Assembly (NCBI RefSeq): GCF_006345805.1
Contig: NC_042999.1
Coordinates: 83,886,001 to 83,950,000, forward strand
DNA from: Octopus sinensis
Taxonomy: Eukaryota
Length of the DNA: 64,000 bases
Reading direction: 5' to 3'
In this document: positions 25,786 to 39,572 of the stretch, piece after piece
How the letters are laid out: every line of letters starts with the position of its first letter
How positions within the stretch are numbered: position 1 is the stretch's first letter
The notes under the pieces: generated by a model
What the model saw: only the letters and a program-made list of their open reading frames with translations
What the model was told of the DNA's origin: nothing
The model's database searches: none
Program-made: the position numbers and the translations under genes

Positions 25786-26852
25786 GCTCCAATACGAACA
25801 TTTCAGAGTGTTCAGGTGACAATCTGAGGACAGTGCAGAGTTCCGAAAAGAGTTGGATGAGTTTAATCGTGAGTATGCAGGTACGACAGCTCCGAAAACT
25901 CACTCAGATCGTTCTGATAAGAAAAGGACTCCTGACTTTGTTGGTGAGATCCAGGCCATGGTTGACAACGATTCTTCTAAATCAACCAAGTCCATCGCTA
26001 GAGACATGGGAGTTTCTGAGTTTCTTATCAGGCAAGTAGTACATGAAGACATTCGGTATTTCTCATAGAAGATGAGAAAGGGTCAATTTTTATCTCAAGC
26101 CATCAAGGACAAGGGGAAAGACCGCGCTACGAAACTTTTAAACAAACTGAAGCATCCCCGACAACCGAACACGCTTTAATTTTTTTTCAGATGAGAAAAA
26201 CTTCTGCCAGGATCAGATGGTGAACACAAAGAACAACTGTTGGCTCGCCGTGTCCCCAAAACATGTTCCGAGAGTGATAATAATCAAACATTCAGTCAAC
26301 ATCATGGTGTTTAGAGTGATCACTAGTGATGGCGAAGTTATGACTCCATTCATCTTCCCACACAGCCCCCGCCTCAGGTACGGAGGCCTACAACAAGTGC
26401 CTGTGGGAGGTAGTGCTGCCTCGGGTTAAGTGGGTGGCTGCTGGAAGACCCTATGTCTGGCAACAAAACTCTTCACCATGCCATACAATCAGAAAAACCC
26501 AGTCATGGCTGCCAGACAATTTCTGCGACCACATCACACCTAACATCTGTCCCCCACCGCCAGACTGCAACACCATTGATTATTATGTGTGGGGCGCAAA
26601 GATGAACTGAAGGCAAGGATCATGACAGCATTCCTTAATTAAAACAAGGAGACCGTCCAAAAGTGTTGCAGGAGATTCTAAAGAGGTTTGAAGGCCCTGG
26701 TTGAAGCCAATGGTGAATTTATTTAATAGATTTACCCTTTACTATTTGAAAATATTTTTATGATATTTTGGTAAATATATCTATGAAAATGAGATGTCAG
26801 TGTTATTTTCATTTTTGTGTAATTTAGACAATTTATTCCCCGCATCCGGACA
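25786..26852 (+). mobile_element. Tc1/mariner-superfamily (maT/DD37D-like) transposon, 5'-truncated, with pseudogenised transposase
   Basis: FSDEKNF.QDQ.VN..N..WL, IMVF.VITSDG.VM.PFIF, YVWQQNSSPCH, PPDCN.IDYYVWG. Confidence 0.85.
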
Positions 26853-26899
26853 ATATATATATATATCTTTCATTATTTTTGTGCGTTTCAGCCATGCGG

Positions 26900-27615
26900 T
26901 CATGCTGGTACACCACCGTGATTTTGCACCGTTACTTATGATTAGCCTTCGACTGATTTCCTCCAGCTGGTAGGTGGGGTTCACATTATGACTCCTGTAT
27001 GTGCCTTTCTCCCAGGTGTTAGCTCATTTGGTGTATGAGGGAGTTTGATTCTGCTGCCCCAGTCTGTACCTCATGTCGAACATTTGGTTCATCCGGTATT
27101 GTGGAGAGGAAGATGTCGAGTACGTTTTTGAAGACATCTACGTTCACATTAGGTAGATTTCTTAACTTTTGTGGCAAGGCATTGAAGAGCTGTGGGTTTT
27201 TAAAACCTAGGCTGTTGCAATACGTGTTACTGAATTTAGATGGAGTGGATGGTACATTTAGGATAATACAAAAGCAAGCAGTTCTGACATTTTTACAACA
27301 CTTAATGTCGAAATTAGTTACTAGACCTTCTAGAGTTTTCCATATGTATATCATTATACATCTGTCGCGTCTTCGCTCCAGGGATTAAAGTCGAAGCTTT
27401 TTCAGTCACTCCCTGTAGCTCATATGCTGCACTGTTTCAATTTGTTTTTAGTGTAGTGATGTTGGACAGCTTCTATCTCTGCTGTTTGTGGGACATTATG
27501 TGATGACCATAGCTGAGATAAGTAGTCCTTGGTCTCTTGTCTTGAAGGACATTAGTATCAATCATGTCCATTGTCTGCACTTTGCTTCCTCTTGGTAATG
27601 TGCTTGTGAAATGAG
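26900..27615 (-). mobile_element. CR1/L2-group LINE 3' fragment
   Basis: SLERRRDR..IIYIWKTLEGLV.N...NSLGFKNPQLFNALP..LRN...FK..LD.FL..IPDEP. Confidence 0.8.
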
Positions 27616-27659
27616 GCACACACACACACACTCACACACACACACACATGTATACACAT

Positions 27660-28260
27660 GTTTTCATAGATTGTTGAAACGTTAGGAATTTTAAGAGAAA
27701 ATTTATCTGAACTACTCAATTTTGTTGGAAAGAAGATTTGTAATCAATGATGAAAAATAAAATTATTTGAGTGCACAATGCAATCATTTAGAAAAGGTCA
27801 GAAATATTTTTGAAATAAAGACCGGTAAATTTTCTATTTTGACTAATGTAGCATAAATGTGATTTTTACATCAATCTGAAGAACAAAAGTTAATTTATGA
27901 AATATAATTAAATTCCGCATTCCTTGAAGGTAGCAATACATGTGTTCACTTGCGAATTAAAGTTTCAGAGTGGGTGAATTTAAAGTAAAAAGGAAAGGAT
28001 TATCTGATATGTATATCTTAAATTTGTCCATCAAAATTCTGAGAGCTTGTAAGTCTAAGTATATATGTAAGAAAATCGGTAATGGCAAAATTTATTAGTA
28101 ACTTAATAGGTTAGTGAATTTAATTAAGATAAAAGTAGCCATGACATTGTAGAATTATGAGGTTATTGGAAGATATATGAAATTTGAGAAGCTCTAGAAC
28201 AAAGGAAAAAAATCAATCTAGATTCAAGGCTCCTTCATTGGAATTTCAATATCAACAATA
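27660..28260 (-). mobile_element. Decayed Penelope-like RT remnant
   Basis: Weak echoes of DVPMGS (EIPMKEP) and KIFKE.G motifs. Confidence 0.25.
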
Positions 28261-28419
28261 GGGTATTTTTGAGTGTATGTATGTATGTATGTATGTATGT
28301 ATGTATGTATGTATGTATGTATGTATGTATGCATGTATGTATGTATGTATGTATGTATGTATGTATATATGTATGTATGCGTGCCTATTTGTATATTTTC
28401 TGTATGTATTCTCATGCAT

Positions 28420-29270
28420 ATAGTTGCATATCTATGTTTTCTTTAACATTGATCTTCAGCTTTATGTTAACATCCGCTGGGCAGCTAATTTCCACAACTG
28501 TGCAGTTTCTCTTCTCTATCCGAAATCATTATATCAGGCGTGTTGTGCTTACATTTTATTGAGATCTTCACTGGTACATTCCACCACTAATCCTTTTTAT
28601 TATGAGTGGCTATGGCTTCTTATTTCTTTGTCCTCGAGATTGTCCTTCCGACGGATTTCATTATAGAGTTTCCTAGCCACAACATCATGTCTCATACGAT
28701 AATACCGTGATGACATTTTCGGACAACTGCTTATGATGTGGGTGATATCTTCATTGTGAACTCCACGAAGTCTGCATCGGTTGTCACATTTTACTGCTTT
28801 ACTTGCATCTCTGTCCCTTTTGTGCATCAAGTTCTTGGTTGATATTTCCTGTACCTGGATTGCAACTGCATCCCCTTAAAAGTATGAAGTAGTAATCAGG
28901 CAATTGGTCCATGACAAACCGCTTTGATGATTAATGTTATTATCATCACGGAACTTTCTAGTAACATATCCATGCATAGTTTTCTGCCCATATAGGTTCA
29001 TCCTTTCATCTGATGATATGTTGCGGTAGAGTAGTGCAACTTCTTTGGGCATGTATTCTAGGTTACCAAACAGAGAGTGTTGCTCAAAGAGTGGCTTTCC
29101 AAGTCTTTCAGCCTCGTGTATGCAAACTTGGTCAAGGGATGCACTTCGATGTTTGGTGGTTAAAAGAGGTTGCCGAAGGGATATGATGCGACAATGAAAG
29201 GCATCTTGAATCGATATTAAGCTTCTTTCGCCTTCTTTTCGTTTTAGGTATAGGCGTTCCTCAAAATGCT
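28420..29270 (-). mobile_element. R4/Dong-type (RLE) non-LTR retrotransposon fragment
   Basis: CDNRCRLRGVHNEDITHIISSCPKMSSRYYRMRHDVVA (zinc knuckle plus RHD), followed by WWNVPVK...HNTPDI and VVEISCPADVN. Confidence 0.85.
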
Positions 29271-29712
29271 CGATTCCATTCCCTGCATATCACGTTATAT
29301 AACAGGTGTCTCATTAGTGTGACTGGTAACATAAAATCCAATACAGCGTATTGTATAGCCAGGTTGTCGATGACTAATTTTGCCTGATGATGGGGTGGTG
29401 GTTGCTAGAAACCCAGTAGAACTACAACCAGATCTACCAAAATGACGGATGAATCAAGAGTAGATTCAACGATTAACTAGCAATTGCAGGGTTTCCTAAG
29501 AAATTCCGAGTTGGAGTCCGGCGTGCTGGAATACTACTGGGTGTGAGGCACACCTTAATATAATGCATGTCTAAGAGAAAGTCATTCTGATGTGTATATA
29601 TGTATATGTATATGTATATATACTCAGAATTAGAGGAAACAATATCTCCGTAAGGGATTGTTAAGAACAGTCCAGATGCCAACTGGGTTTAACCAAATAT
29701 ATTGATAGAAAA

Positions 29713-29821
<109 letters not shown>

Positions 29822-30469
29822 GTAAGTACAAACAGTCTTATACAATTAAAAAATTAAAAAAAGTAAATGGAGAAGAAAAAATAAAGATGCATGGTTCATT
29901 TTATTTGTATCACAATTGGAGAAGTAATGCAAATTAAAAGATTAAAAGACATACGTATATGAACAAGTATAAAAAAACTGCATCAACAAAACAACCAAAA
30001 ATATCCAAAAAGAAATTCTACATATGTTTCAATCAAGCAATATTTATGAATCATCAATAATTGTAACTTTTATAGATGTAATTAGCGATATATTATTAGA
30101 TGTCTTCAGGAAAAATAAGTATATTTTAGTCTTGAGTTACGAAATGCCTAATTTGAGGACTATGTTTAGGAATTTTCAAATGCAAGCAAATTACTTAGTA
30201 GGATGTAGAGTTCATGTGATTAGAAATTTATCGTTTAAAATTTAGCTAACATTTTGATATAATATTATGATACAGATAAAATAAACCAAGCATCTTTTTT
30301 AATTTTCCTTTTCCATTTTCTTTTATTGACTTTTAATTATATATATATGTGTGTGTTTATATACGTATATACTAATGTATTTATATATACATATATATAC
30401 ATATACATATATATACATATATATAAACACACATATACATACACACGCATACACTCATAAAGTTTAGGG

Positions 30470-31330
30470 TGTTTTAACAAAGGTATAACTGTAGTTCAGT
30501 GATTTGTGAATGCAGTTTATTCTTCAGTTTGTTTCTTCGATTCACCTAATTTTTTAAGCCATTTCTGGTAAAAACTTCATAACAATTCATAGATTAAGCG
30601 AACTTAAAGATCTGGAAATTTAATGATAACATAGTAAATATGTTGTTAATCTAAGGAGATTTTTATGAACACATGATTTTAAATTCCATTAGTTTGGGGA
30701 CAGGGTAGTAGCAAGTGTTGATTAGGTTGAGAGAAACATCTAGAAAATCAGCGATGGTGAACTTAGTCTCTAAGGTGATTAAAGACCTGAAACTTTTGAA
30801 GGAGAGCTCTGAAACTTTTTAGCAATTAGGCTGGAGTGAAAATTATAAAGTGATGCAAGAGAACATCGTCATGGTATAATTTTCTTTTAATGCTAGACAT
30901 TAAATGTAATCTTTTATTGTTACTATCCTTTGTAGGTTTGCTGGCAGTAATGCTAAAAGGGAATACTGATCAGGCATTTTTCATTATAGTATTATCTGAT
31001 TGAAAGGCAATATAAAGCGACTTTTACTTCACAACTGGTCTTGTTAGTAACTAATCTAGAGAAATTAAGGACGTTCACAGCACGTAGTTTAAGACAGAAG
31101 TATAGTGTTCTTTAATATCTAATTATAGAAATATAAGCTAGTCTTTGTTAGTGATAATGGCGAACCATTCTGTTTTTGCATAAGTATAACTCCATATAGA
31201 TATGGGGGACAGGTCATTGTAATTTGGCATAATACTGTCAAATGTGTGTTTAGTGAAATTTCCTGCCTGGTTTAATTTGTTCATTAATTGAGGAGGGTGT
31301 TTATTTTTTTTAATTTAGCCTTGTGGTGTC
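30470..31330 (-). mobile_element. Decayed Penelope-like (Naiad-type) reverse transcriptase remnant
   Basis: Minus-strand EWFAIITNK, YHDDVL (YRDDGL-like) and DFLDVSLNL in the expected order. Confidence 0.6.
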
Positions 31331-31377
31331 TAAGGATATAGTCTCAGATACGGCACTTACGTATAGTTACATATATA

Positions 31378-31416
<39 letters not shown>

Positions 31417-31478
31417 TATATATATATACACAGACACACACACGCACATATATGTATATGTATATATATATATATATG

Positions 31479-31510
<32 letters not shown>

Positions 31511-31540
31511 TGTATGTATGTATGTATGTATGTATGTATA

Positions 31541-31683
31541 CTTTATTTGTGGGTCAACAAGGTAACCATTTAGGTTCATGTCGAGAGAAATCTCAACAAT
31601 AATTAAGCCTACCGCTAAATAATTATTGAGATTTCTCTCGACATGAAACAAATAACGGTAGCATTCTTAACCCACAAATAAAG
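31541..31683. repeat. Fold-back palindrome P4
   Basis: TTCATGTCGAGAGAAATCTCAA (31575) pairs with TTGAGATTTCTCTCGACATGAA (31626); outer CTTTATTTGTGGGT pairs with ACCCACAAATAAAG. Confidence 0.85.
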
Positions 31684-31734
31684 AATATTTATCCACCAAT
31701 GAGGTGCTAAGAACTCATTCTCATTGTCCGGTAT

Positions 31735-31823
<89 letters not shown>

Positions 31824-31842
31824 ATATATATATATATATTAA

Positions 31843-31967
31843 GTCTGGGGAGAGCCATTCTCTTTTAGTTCCTTATTATTTAACACACTCACCGATTCAG
31901 TCTCCACTCGTTTACTTATTTATTTTTTATAAATATTTCGTTGCGTCTTGTAGCCTTTTCAATAGTC
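31843..31967 (-). mobile_element. Single-arm copy of the P3 family
   Basis: GTCTGGGGAGAG..CCTTATTA..TAACACACTCACCG..TTTCGTTGCGTCTTG..TTTTCAATAGT matches 17014-17138. Confidence 0.8.
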
Positions 31968-32477
31968 GTTGATTCTGACCGTTATCCGAGCTGCGTTCTT
32001 TTTGTCTGTTTGTGCGCACGTGTGTGGGTTAGTATGCGTGCGCATACACGTATGTATGTATGCAGGAATGTATGTGTATATGCATACATAAGGGTGTGTG
32101 TATGCATGTATATATATGCATGCATTTGTGTACGTTTGTATGTTTGTATCCTGCATATTCAAGTGTTTGTGAGTTTGTATGTGTATGTGCCTTTGCATGT
32201 GTGTGTGTTTGTATACGTGCATCTGTTATGTATAGATGTGTCTCTATATATGTCCTTGTGTGAAGTGTACGTGTGTGTATATGGTCATGTTTCAGACTTC
32301 ATTTGCGTATGTATGTTTGTATGTTCATATTACCTATGTACCTATCTATTTATACGGGTTCTAGTGGGTAGTATGAATGTAATATTACTCTACCCATTTA
32401 CAGGCATAGATTTTGTCTGTGTATATATATATACACACACACGCACGCACACACACACGCATATATATATATATGTA

Positions 32478-32510
<33 letters not shown>

Positions 32511-34205
32511 GTAAATGTAATATGTGACAATTATTCGGTAACCATGTGTGTGTGTCTGTGTGTTTGTGTGTGTGAGTTTGTGTGTCTGTCTCTGCATGTC
32601 TCTGAGTAAGTATGCCTGTGTGTTGTATTTGTGTATGGGTGCGTGACTCGCATGTGCGTTGAGAATTTACATGCATTTCCTTTTCTATATTTTCACAAAC
32701 TTATCTCTAGCATTTTTTTTCATTCTCTTGTTTTATCGGTCCTCATCGTTTTACTATGTTCCGTGTTCATACTTGCTATGTTTCTTATTATTTTAAGGTT
32801 ACCTAATGGTTTATTTTCACTTTAGCTCTAAAATAGATTACTGTATTCTTTCTATTGTATTTTCCCCAATTCTTACTCTATTAACAAACACTTATACATA
32901 TTTATATATATCTATAAGAAGCAACTTTCTGAAAGATTACTTTTACTTAGACTTTATATATATATTTAATTTAATCTACACCTTTCTATAATATTTAGAC
33001 ATTGTTCGACTCCATCAGATACTATAATATGGCAAGTCAATCTATCTTCTTAATATTAACAATATAAGTAAATTGTCTTCCACAACGATTACTATTGCAT
33101 ATCATTTCTCGTAATCTTATTTTACCCCAAATAATCCATAGTAGACTAAACTAATTTGTAACTATTCCTATGGCTTCTAGAAAATCTCCAATTTCGAATA
33201 ACTTCGTATAAACTTATAACTTTTCCCAATTAACCCACAGAAGACTTAACTAATTCAAAATTATTGCTGTCTTCTAGAGTTTCTCGAATTTTATATAACT
33301 TGTTATAAACTCAAAACTTTGCAATATAACAACTACTTTTATCTAAGATAAGTTCTATAACCCATAATTTAGATCAAACCTTTTACTCTCAGATAATTTT
33401 TAACACTTTATCGGTTAAAAGGTTAAGCTCTAGATATTGTATATGCACTCTAAAACTTAGAGATTCGTGTATAATAGTCAATTTAACTAACATTCGGCTG
33501 AATATTGACTCGTTTCAAATATAATTTTATAGCTAACCTATGTCTTCCGATATTCATTCAAATAAAGAATTTTACTATCTAAATTTTAAAATTTACCCTT
33601 ATTAAATCTATGTTCATGCATCATTAATCATTATTACTATGGAGTTCGGTTGACTTATTCTCAAAATTGCTTCCGAACCTTTCTATTCAAATTTGTTTTA
33701 TATCTGTCGTTCCCTTTTCTTCTTAATTGTATTATTTCATTTATCTATCAATTGTATGCAACCAAAACCCTAAATATTAGTTTCTATTGTATCCTTTGGA
33801 GATGAAAAGCGAATACAATCGCCAAATAGGTCGAAGGACACCTCCGCCGACGACAAGATGTACTGGAGAACGGCTACATCAGGGAAGCTCTTATCTGTAC
33901 CTAGGAGAAAAGGAGTATGTTATGTGTTCATCTATGGCATTCAGAATTTGGGAAATATGCATTTGTAAAGAGATTCCTTAAACGCTAACGAAATATGAAT
34001 AATAGCTTATAAGTTGTCGAGTAAAACATCCCTTAAAACATTGACGATAGATTACAAATATCACACGCCCATACACCATACGTACATAGGTAATACATAT
34101 ATACATCCACACAAATATCAATCAATATGTATATATATCGTGTAAACACACCAATTATATATACAGTGTATATATATATATATATATCATATGCATATAC
34201 TTGTA

Positions 34206-34558
34206 GGCTTAGGAGTGGCTATGTGGTAAGTAGCTTGCTTACGAACCACATGGTTCCGAGTTCAGTCCCACTGCGTGGCACCTTGAGTAAGTGTCTTCTA
34301 TCATAGTCTTGTGAGTGGATTTGGTAGACGAAAGCTGAAAGAAGCCTGTCGTGTCTGTGTGTGTATGTATGGCTGTGTTTGTCTCCCCAACATCGCTTGA
34401 CAACCGATGCTGGTGTGTTTACGTCCCCGCAAAAGAGACTGATAGAATATGTACTAGGCTTACAAAGAATAAGTCATGGGGTCGATTTGCTCGACTAAAG
34501 ACGGTGCTCCAGCATGGCCGCAGTCAAATGATTGGAACATATAAAAGAATAAAAGAGT
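34206..34558 (+). mobile_element. SINE family A, near full length
   Basis: GGAGTGGCTATGTGGTAAGTAGC (A box), GTTCAGTCCC (B box), CTTGAGTAAGTGTCTT core, TAAAAGAGTA tail. Confidence 0.88.
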
Positions 34559-34694
34559 ATTTGCATATTATTTACATATATGCATATATACTTACTAACA
34601 TGCATATATATATATATATTGAATATCGATCATTGCTAATCTATATCTTACTATGTGTGTAGCTCGGCAATTAATATATATATATATATATTAT

Positions 34695-34736
<42 letters not shown>

Positions 34737-34739
34737 GTG

Positions 34740-34770
<31 letters not shown>

Positions 34771-34777
34771 TGTGTGT

Positions 34778-34820
<43 letters not shown>

Positions 34821-36797
34821 TGTTTGTGTGTGTGAGTGTGTAAGTGTGTGTGCGCGTGCGTTTGTGGTTGTTTATTAGAATATGCATCTATTTATCTGTT
34901 ACCTAATATGCCATAGCCTACCGCCTATGTGTCTGTAACTCGTTTTATTTTTCTGCGCATCTAACTTTTATAGACGTAACTAGGCATCTCTCTCTGTCTC
35001 TCTCTCCATCCTCCCCTTCTCTCTGTCTACCAGTCTGTCTTTCTTCCAGTCTGTCTACCCAGCTCCACCACATCTCCGCATATCTATTTTGTTTGTCTTG
35101 CTAAAGGAATTGGGGTCGATTGCGGAGTGGCAGTTGACTGTTATTTACTACAATAATTGATGTTGTTATACTGTTAAATGAGCCGTCATCTTTCAATGAT
35201 GTTGATTAATGGAAGGACAATTCAGTGTGTAATTATTATAATTATATACTCACGATACGAAGATCGTTAGTTTTCATTCATGAAACATTAAACGTTATTT
35301 ATCTGTTACATTAATAGGTCCCTGACTGAATGACTGATTGTCTGCTTTCTTCAATGAGTGTTTTATAGAAAAAATTAGTTGTAAACAAATTTATTACGTA
35401 AATTATCTGTCTACAGTCGGTAAGAAGCGGACGTTACTTCGCGTGAATAATATTTTTCTCATTCATAATAATCTGATATACAATAAACAAAAAATTATGC
35501 TTATATTCCACAAGGCTTAAAACCCGCTTTAAACTCAACCGAACTAAAACTGTCTCTACAAAACTTCTTTTCATATTTACATTCAACATTTACATTCAAC
35601 ATTTTAAGCATAGTAACAAATATTTGGTCATAATAATCTAAATGTAAGCTCTACATTCTTCAATATTGAAATTTTGCAATATGAGAACAGATAAGACATT
35701 TGGAATAGGTTGGAATAGTTTAGAATAGCTTCAGTCTTTCGATATACTTCTACAAAAATTACATATTGATGACTTCCAGTCTTAAAGGTTTAGCCATTTC
35801 GTCAAAATTTTAAGTCAACTTTTCTCATTATTTTCCAGACATCTTAATGATAAAAGCATTAATTATTCTACGTTATTAAATCAGTCTAAATTCTTGAATA
35901 TTTTGAGAATTAACTGAAATACATCCGCCGTGTATTTCATGAGAAATATAGCAATGAAGCGTATAACTAACGTTGAAGGAAGGTATGGAATTATCGCTCG
36001 CCATAGAAGAGAATTAATAAACGACGCTTATGAGGAATATAAAGCCAAACTATATCCAAAGATGTTTATGTTTTCTGTGACGCGACAGTTCTAATGACAA
36101 TAATGATGATTTCTAGAATTAGCAGAAAGTTACGATTGCTATGCAAGTGATGCAATTGATTAAATCAATCTCATTAGTTGATTGGTTCTCAGTATATCGA
36201 ACGTGGATTGATGAAGTACGAAGGCCTGTGGGATTTGAACCAAAAGCATAAATTGATGAAATTAAATAGAAGCCATATTGTTATGGTCTTCTGATTTTAC
36301 CAGTATTCTAATAGCAATAAAGCATTTTCTTACTTTCGATAATGATACTAATAATTATGTTAATATAAGATAACGAAACTACATCCCAGTATGTCCATCC
36401 AGTCTGTGTTTCGTTTAGAGAAACGAACACGAACATCACAGACAAACGGGCAGTAGATATACAAAGTGAGAATGACGGAACAGCTATCTGTTAAGAGTTA
36501 TATCTCTCAAAATATATGCTGTTGTACCCATCTTACTGTTTTAATCTAGTTATTTATTATATCCTTCTAACCTTATCTATCCTACTAATCTTATCTAACC
36601 TATTATATCCTACTAACCTTATCTAACCATATCGACCTGTGTTGCTTTCTTTAATAGCCAATGTTTATATTCAGATTCATTCATTTTCAGTGGACAGGGA
36701 AAAGTCCTTACGAATCATGCCCTTACATCACTAACTAACATTTATGTATGTTGTATTATGTATCATGTATTTAAGTGTGAGTTAATTTAAATCTTTG

Positions 36798-37150
36798 TGG
36801 CGGTGCAATGGCCCAGTGGTTAGGGCAGCGGATACGTGGTCTTAGGATCGTGGTTTCGATTCCCAGACCGGGTGTTGTGAGTGTTTATTGAGCGAAAACA
36901 CCTAAAACTCCACGATGCTCCGGCAAAGGGTGGTGGTGAACCTTGCTGTACTCTTTCACCACAACTTTCTCTCAGGTTTTCTTCCTGTTTCTGTTGTACA
37001 TGTATTTCAAAGGGCCAGCCCTGTCACACACTCTGTCACGTCGAATCTCCCCCAGAGCTAGGTTGAGGGTACACGTGTCTGTGGAGTGTTCCGCTACTTG
37101 CTCGTTAATTTCACGAGCAAGCTGTTCCGTTGATCGGATCAATTGGAACA
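36798..37150 (+). mobile_element. tRNA-derived SINE, head B with tail 1
   Basis: GCAATGGCCCAGTGGTTAGGGCAGCGGA...GGTTTCGATTCCCAGACC; tail shared with the 15943 and 47260 copies. Confidence 0.85.
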
Positions 37151-37175
37151 AATGTAAATCTTTATGTTTGTCTCT

Positions 37176-37250
37176 CTCGGCTAATCATGATTATGTATTC
37201 TACCTCGGCTAATCATAGTTATGTATTCTACCTCGGCTAATCATAATTAA
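37176..37250. repeat. 28-bp tandem repeat, about 2.5 copies
   Basis: CTCGGCTAATCAT...TTATGTATTCTAC units. Confidence 0.85.
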
Positions 37251-37402
37251 CTCCCTTAAGATACATGTAATGTACGGGACGATATGTGCATGCATGTTCT
37301 TATAATTAGAAAGGTCACTTCAGAACAATGCGTGTCCATGCATGAGTTCACCAAGCTGAATCTTAGACAAGAGTCTCTGGCCATAGCCAAGTGTGAATCT
37401 GT

Positions 37403-37645
37403 GGAGGCGCAGTTTAGTAGTTAGGGTGTTGGTTTCATTATTGTAAGATTGTGGTTTCGAATCCTGGATCGGTCGACGCGTTGTGTTCTTGAGCAAAATA
37501 CTCCATTTTCCGTTGCTTCCGCCCGCTCGGCTGGCAAAAATGCGTAATCTTGTGATGGAGAGGCATCTCGTTCGGTGGAGAATATATATGCTATGACAAC
37601 CAGGAAACTGGCCATATGAGTTTACATGACTCGGGAAAGAACTTT
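37403..37645 (+). mobile_element. tRNA-derived SINE, head C with tail 2 (degenerate)
   Basis: Aligns by eye with 60140-60385. Confidence 0.7.
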
Positions 37646-37919
37646 ACTACTTAACTAAGTGTTAATCTATAATTTATGAATAAAATATGGATAGGAGTTC
37701 AGTATACCTATTTATTTCACGCTTACTTATTGCTAGATGATTTTCATGCATTGATTGTCACTGACCGTCTAAGTGATTTCTGATATTTAAGATGTAACAC
37801 ATCACAAGCGTTTAAAATTATTGAAAAGGTTATTTAAAAATGTAATGAGAAGGCTATAATAAACATGGAAACAAGTAAGATATAATATCAATGAAAATAT
37901 AGTGTAAAGATAACACCGT

Positions 37920-38230
37920 GGAGGCGCAATGGCCCAGTGGTTAGGGCAGTGGACTTGCGGTCGTAGGATCCTGGTTTCGTTTCCCAGACCGGGCGTTGTG
38001 TGTGTTTATTGAGCGAAAACACCTAAAGTTCCACGAGGCTCCGGCAGGGAGTGGTGGCGACCCCTGTTGTACTCTTTCGCCTCAACTTTCTCTCACTCGT
38101 TCTTCCTTTTTCTTGAGTAACGCTGCAATGGACTGGTGCCCCATCCAGCTGGGGGGATCACATACACCATAGAAACCGGGAAACCGGGCCCATGAGCCTG
38201 GTTAGGCTTGAAAAGGGCGCATAATAAAAA
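37920..38230 (+). mobile_element. tRNA-derived SINE, head B with tail 2
   Basis: Head nearly identical to the 36798 copy; tail GGACTGG..CCCATCCAG...GAAACCGGGAAACCGGGCCC. Confidence 0.85.
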
Positions 38231-38932
38231 AAAGATAACACTACATGTACCAGTATGCCAGTACACACCTGTCAACATATACAAGTATATACATATTCAA
38301 ATATAACTGCCCAAAAGAAAAGAGATGCCCAGACACAGAAGCGCAAAACCACACATATTTAGACATCCACGAACTCTACGATAACTATGTAGTATCAAGG
38401 TAACGGTAACTATGTATTGTGCTTCATGTTTTTACATTTTAATACAAACTGTTATCCATATTTTTTACAAAACACAACTCATAAAACCTGTTAAAAAATA
38501 CATTTACATCGTCGTACTAAATTTTATATTCACCAATATATTTTGGTATCTTGTATTTTCGCATGTCGTATCATGTGTATGCGTGAGTGTGTACATGTGT
38601 GTGAGTATATTTTTGTGTGTATATATGTGTGTCTGTATATGGAAACTAGTACATATATACTTACATGTATATATGTATATAAGCACAATTCTTTATTGTA
38701 TATTCCATAATTGCTTCTAATACATCTTGCTTTATTTACATCTTCATACACACTTATTTTAATACACATTTTAATATTCAAATTATAATATATCTAAATA
38801 CTACATCTCTACAGAAAATCATACAGAATATATGCATTCTTACATTTATACATCCCCCTCTCTCTCTCTCACTCACCGTCTCACTATCACACTCTATTTC
38901 TCTCTCATACACACACATATATATGCATACAT

Positions 38933-38974
<42 letters not shown>

Positions 38975-39324
38975 GTGTGTGTGTGTATTGTGTGTTCGTG
39001 TGTGTGTGTGTGTTTTCTGTGTGCAACAGATCTATATTTATGTATACACGCATGTATCTGTTGTACGCATTTTGTATTGTTTCACATTTTACGATATACT
39101 TTATTTAAAATTTTTTTTCCATTAAAAAAAAAAGGTTCATATACAAATTTTTTAACCTTCTGTTATTTTATTAGCATACATAAATGTATATTGTAATTTA
39201 TATTTGTGTCTATCTATACCCACCTACTTTTGTATAATTTTATGTTAGAGTGTACATGCATGTGTGTGTGTATTTATATACATGCACACAAACGCACACA
39301 CGCGCACACGTACATATATATATA

Positions 39325-39572
39325 TGTAAAAAAAGCACCATCTGAATGTGATCGATGCCAGGCCTGCCTCCTGTGCCAGTGGAATGTAAAAAGCACCCAC
39401 TACATTCTCAGAGTGGTTGGTGTTAGGAAGGGCATCCAGCTGTAGAAACCCTGCCAGATCAGATTGGAGCTTGATGCAGCCGCTGGCTCTCCAGATCTCA
39501 GTCAAACCGTCCGACCCATGCCAGCATGGAAAACGGACGTTAAACGATGATGACGATGATGATGATGATGAT
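39325..39572 (+). mobile_element. Interspersed repeat family D with (GAT)n tail (RTE-type 3' end or RTE-partner SINE)
   Basis: GTGGTTGGTGTTAGGAAGGGCATCCAGCTGTAGAAAC...CCCATGCCAGCATGGAAAACGGACGTTAAACGATGATG; second copy at 57640-57987. Confidence 0.75.

Noticed and set aside
36798-36872. tRNA-like sequences (also at 37920, 50863, 60140)
   Set aside because: They continue into shared SINE bodies and lack a complete acceptor stem; these are SINE heads.
37176-37250. Short direct repeats (also 57666-57815 and 62523-62618) as a CRISPR-like array
   Set aside because: Eukaryotic context, only 2-3 units, no unique spacers of uniform length, no cas genes.
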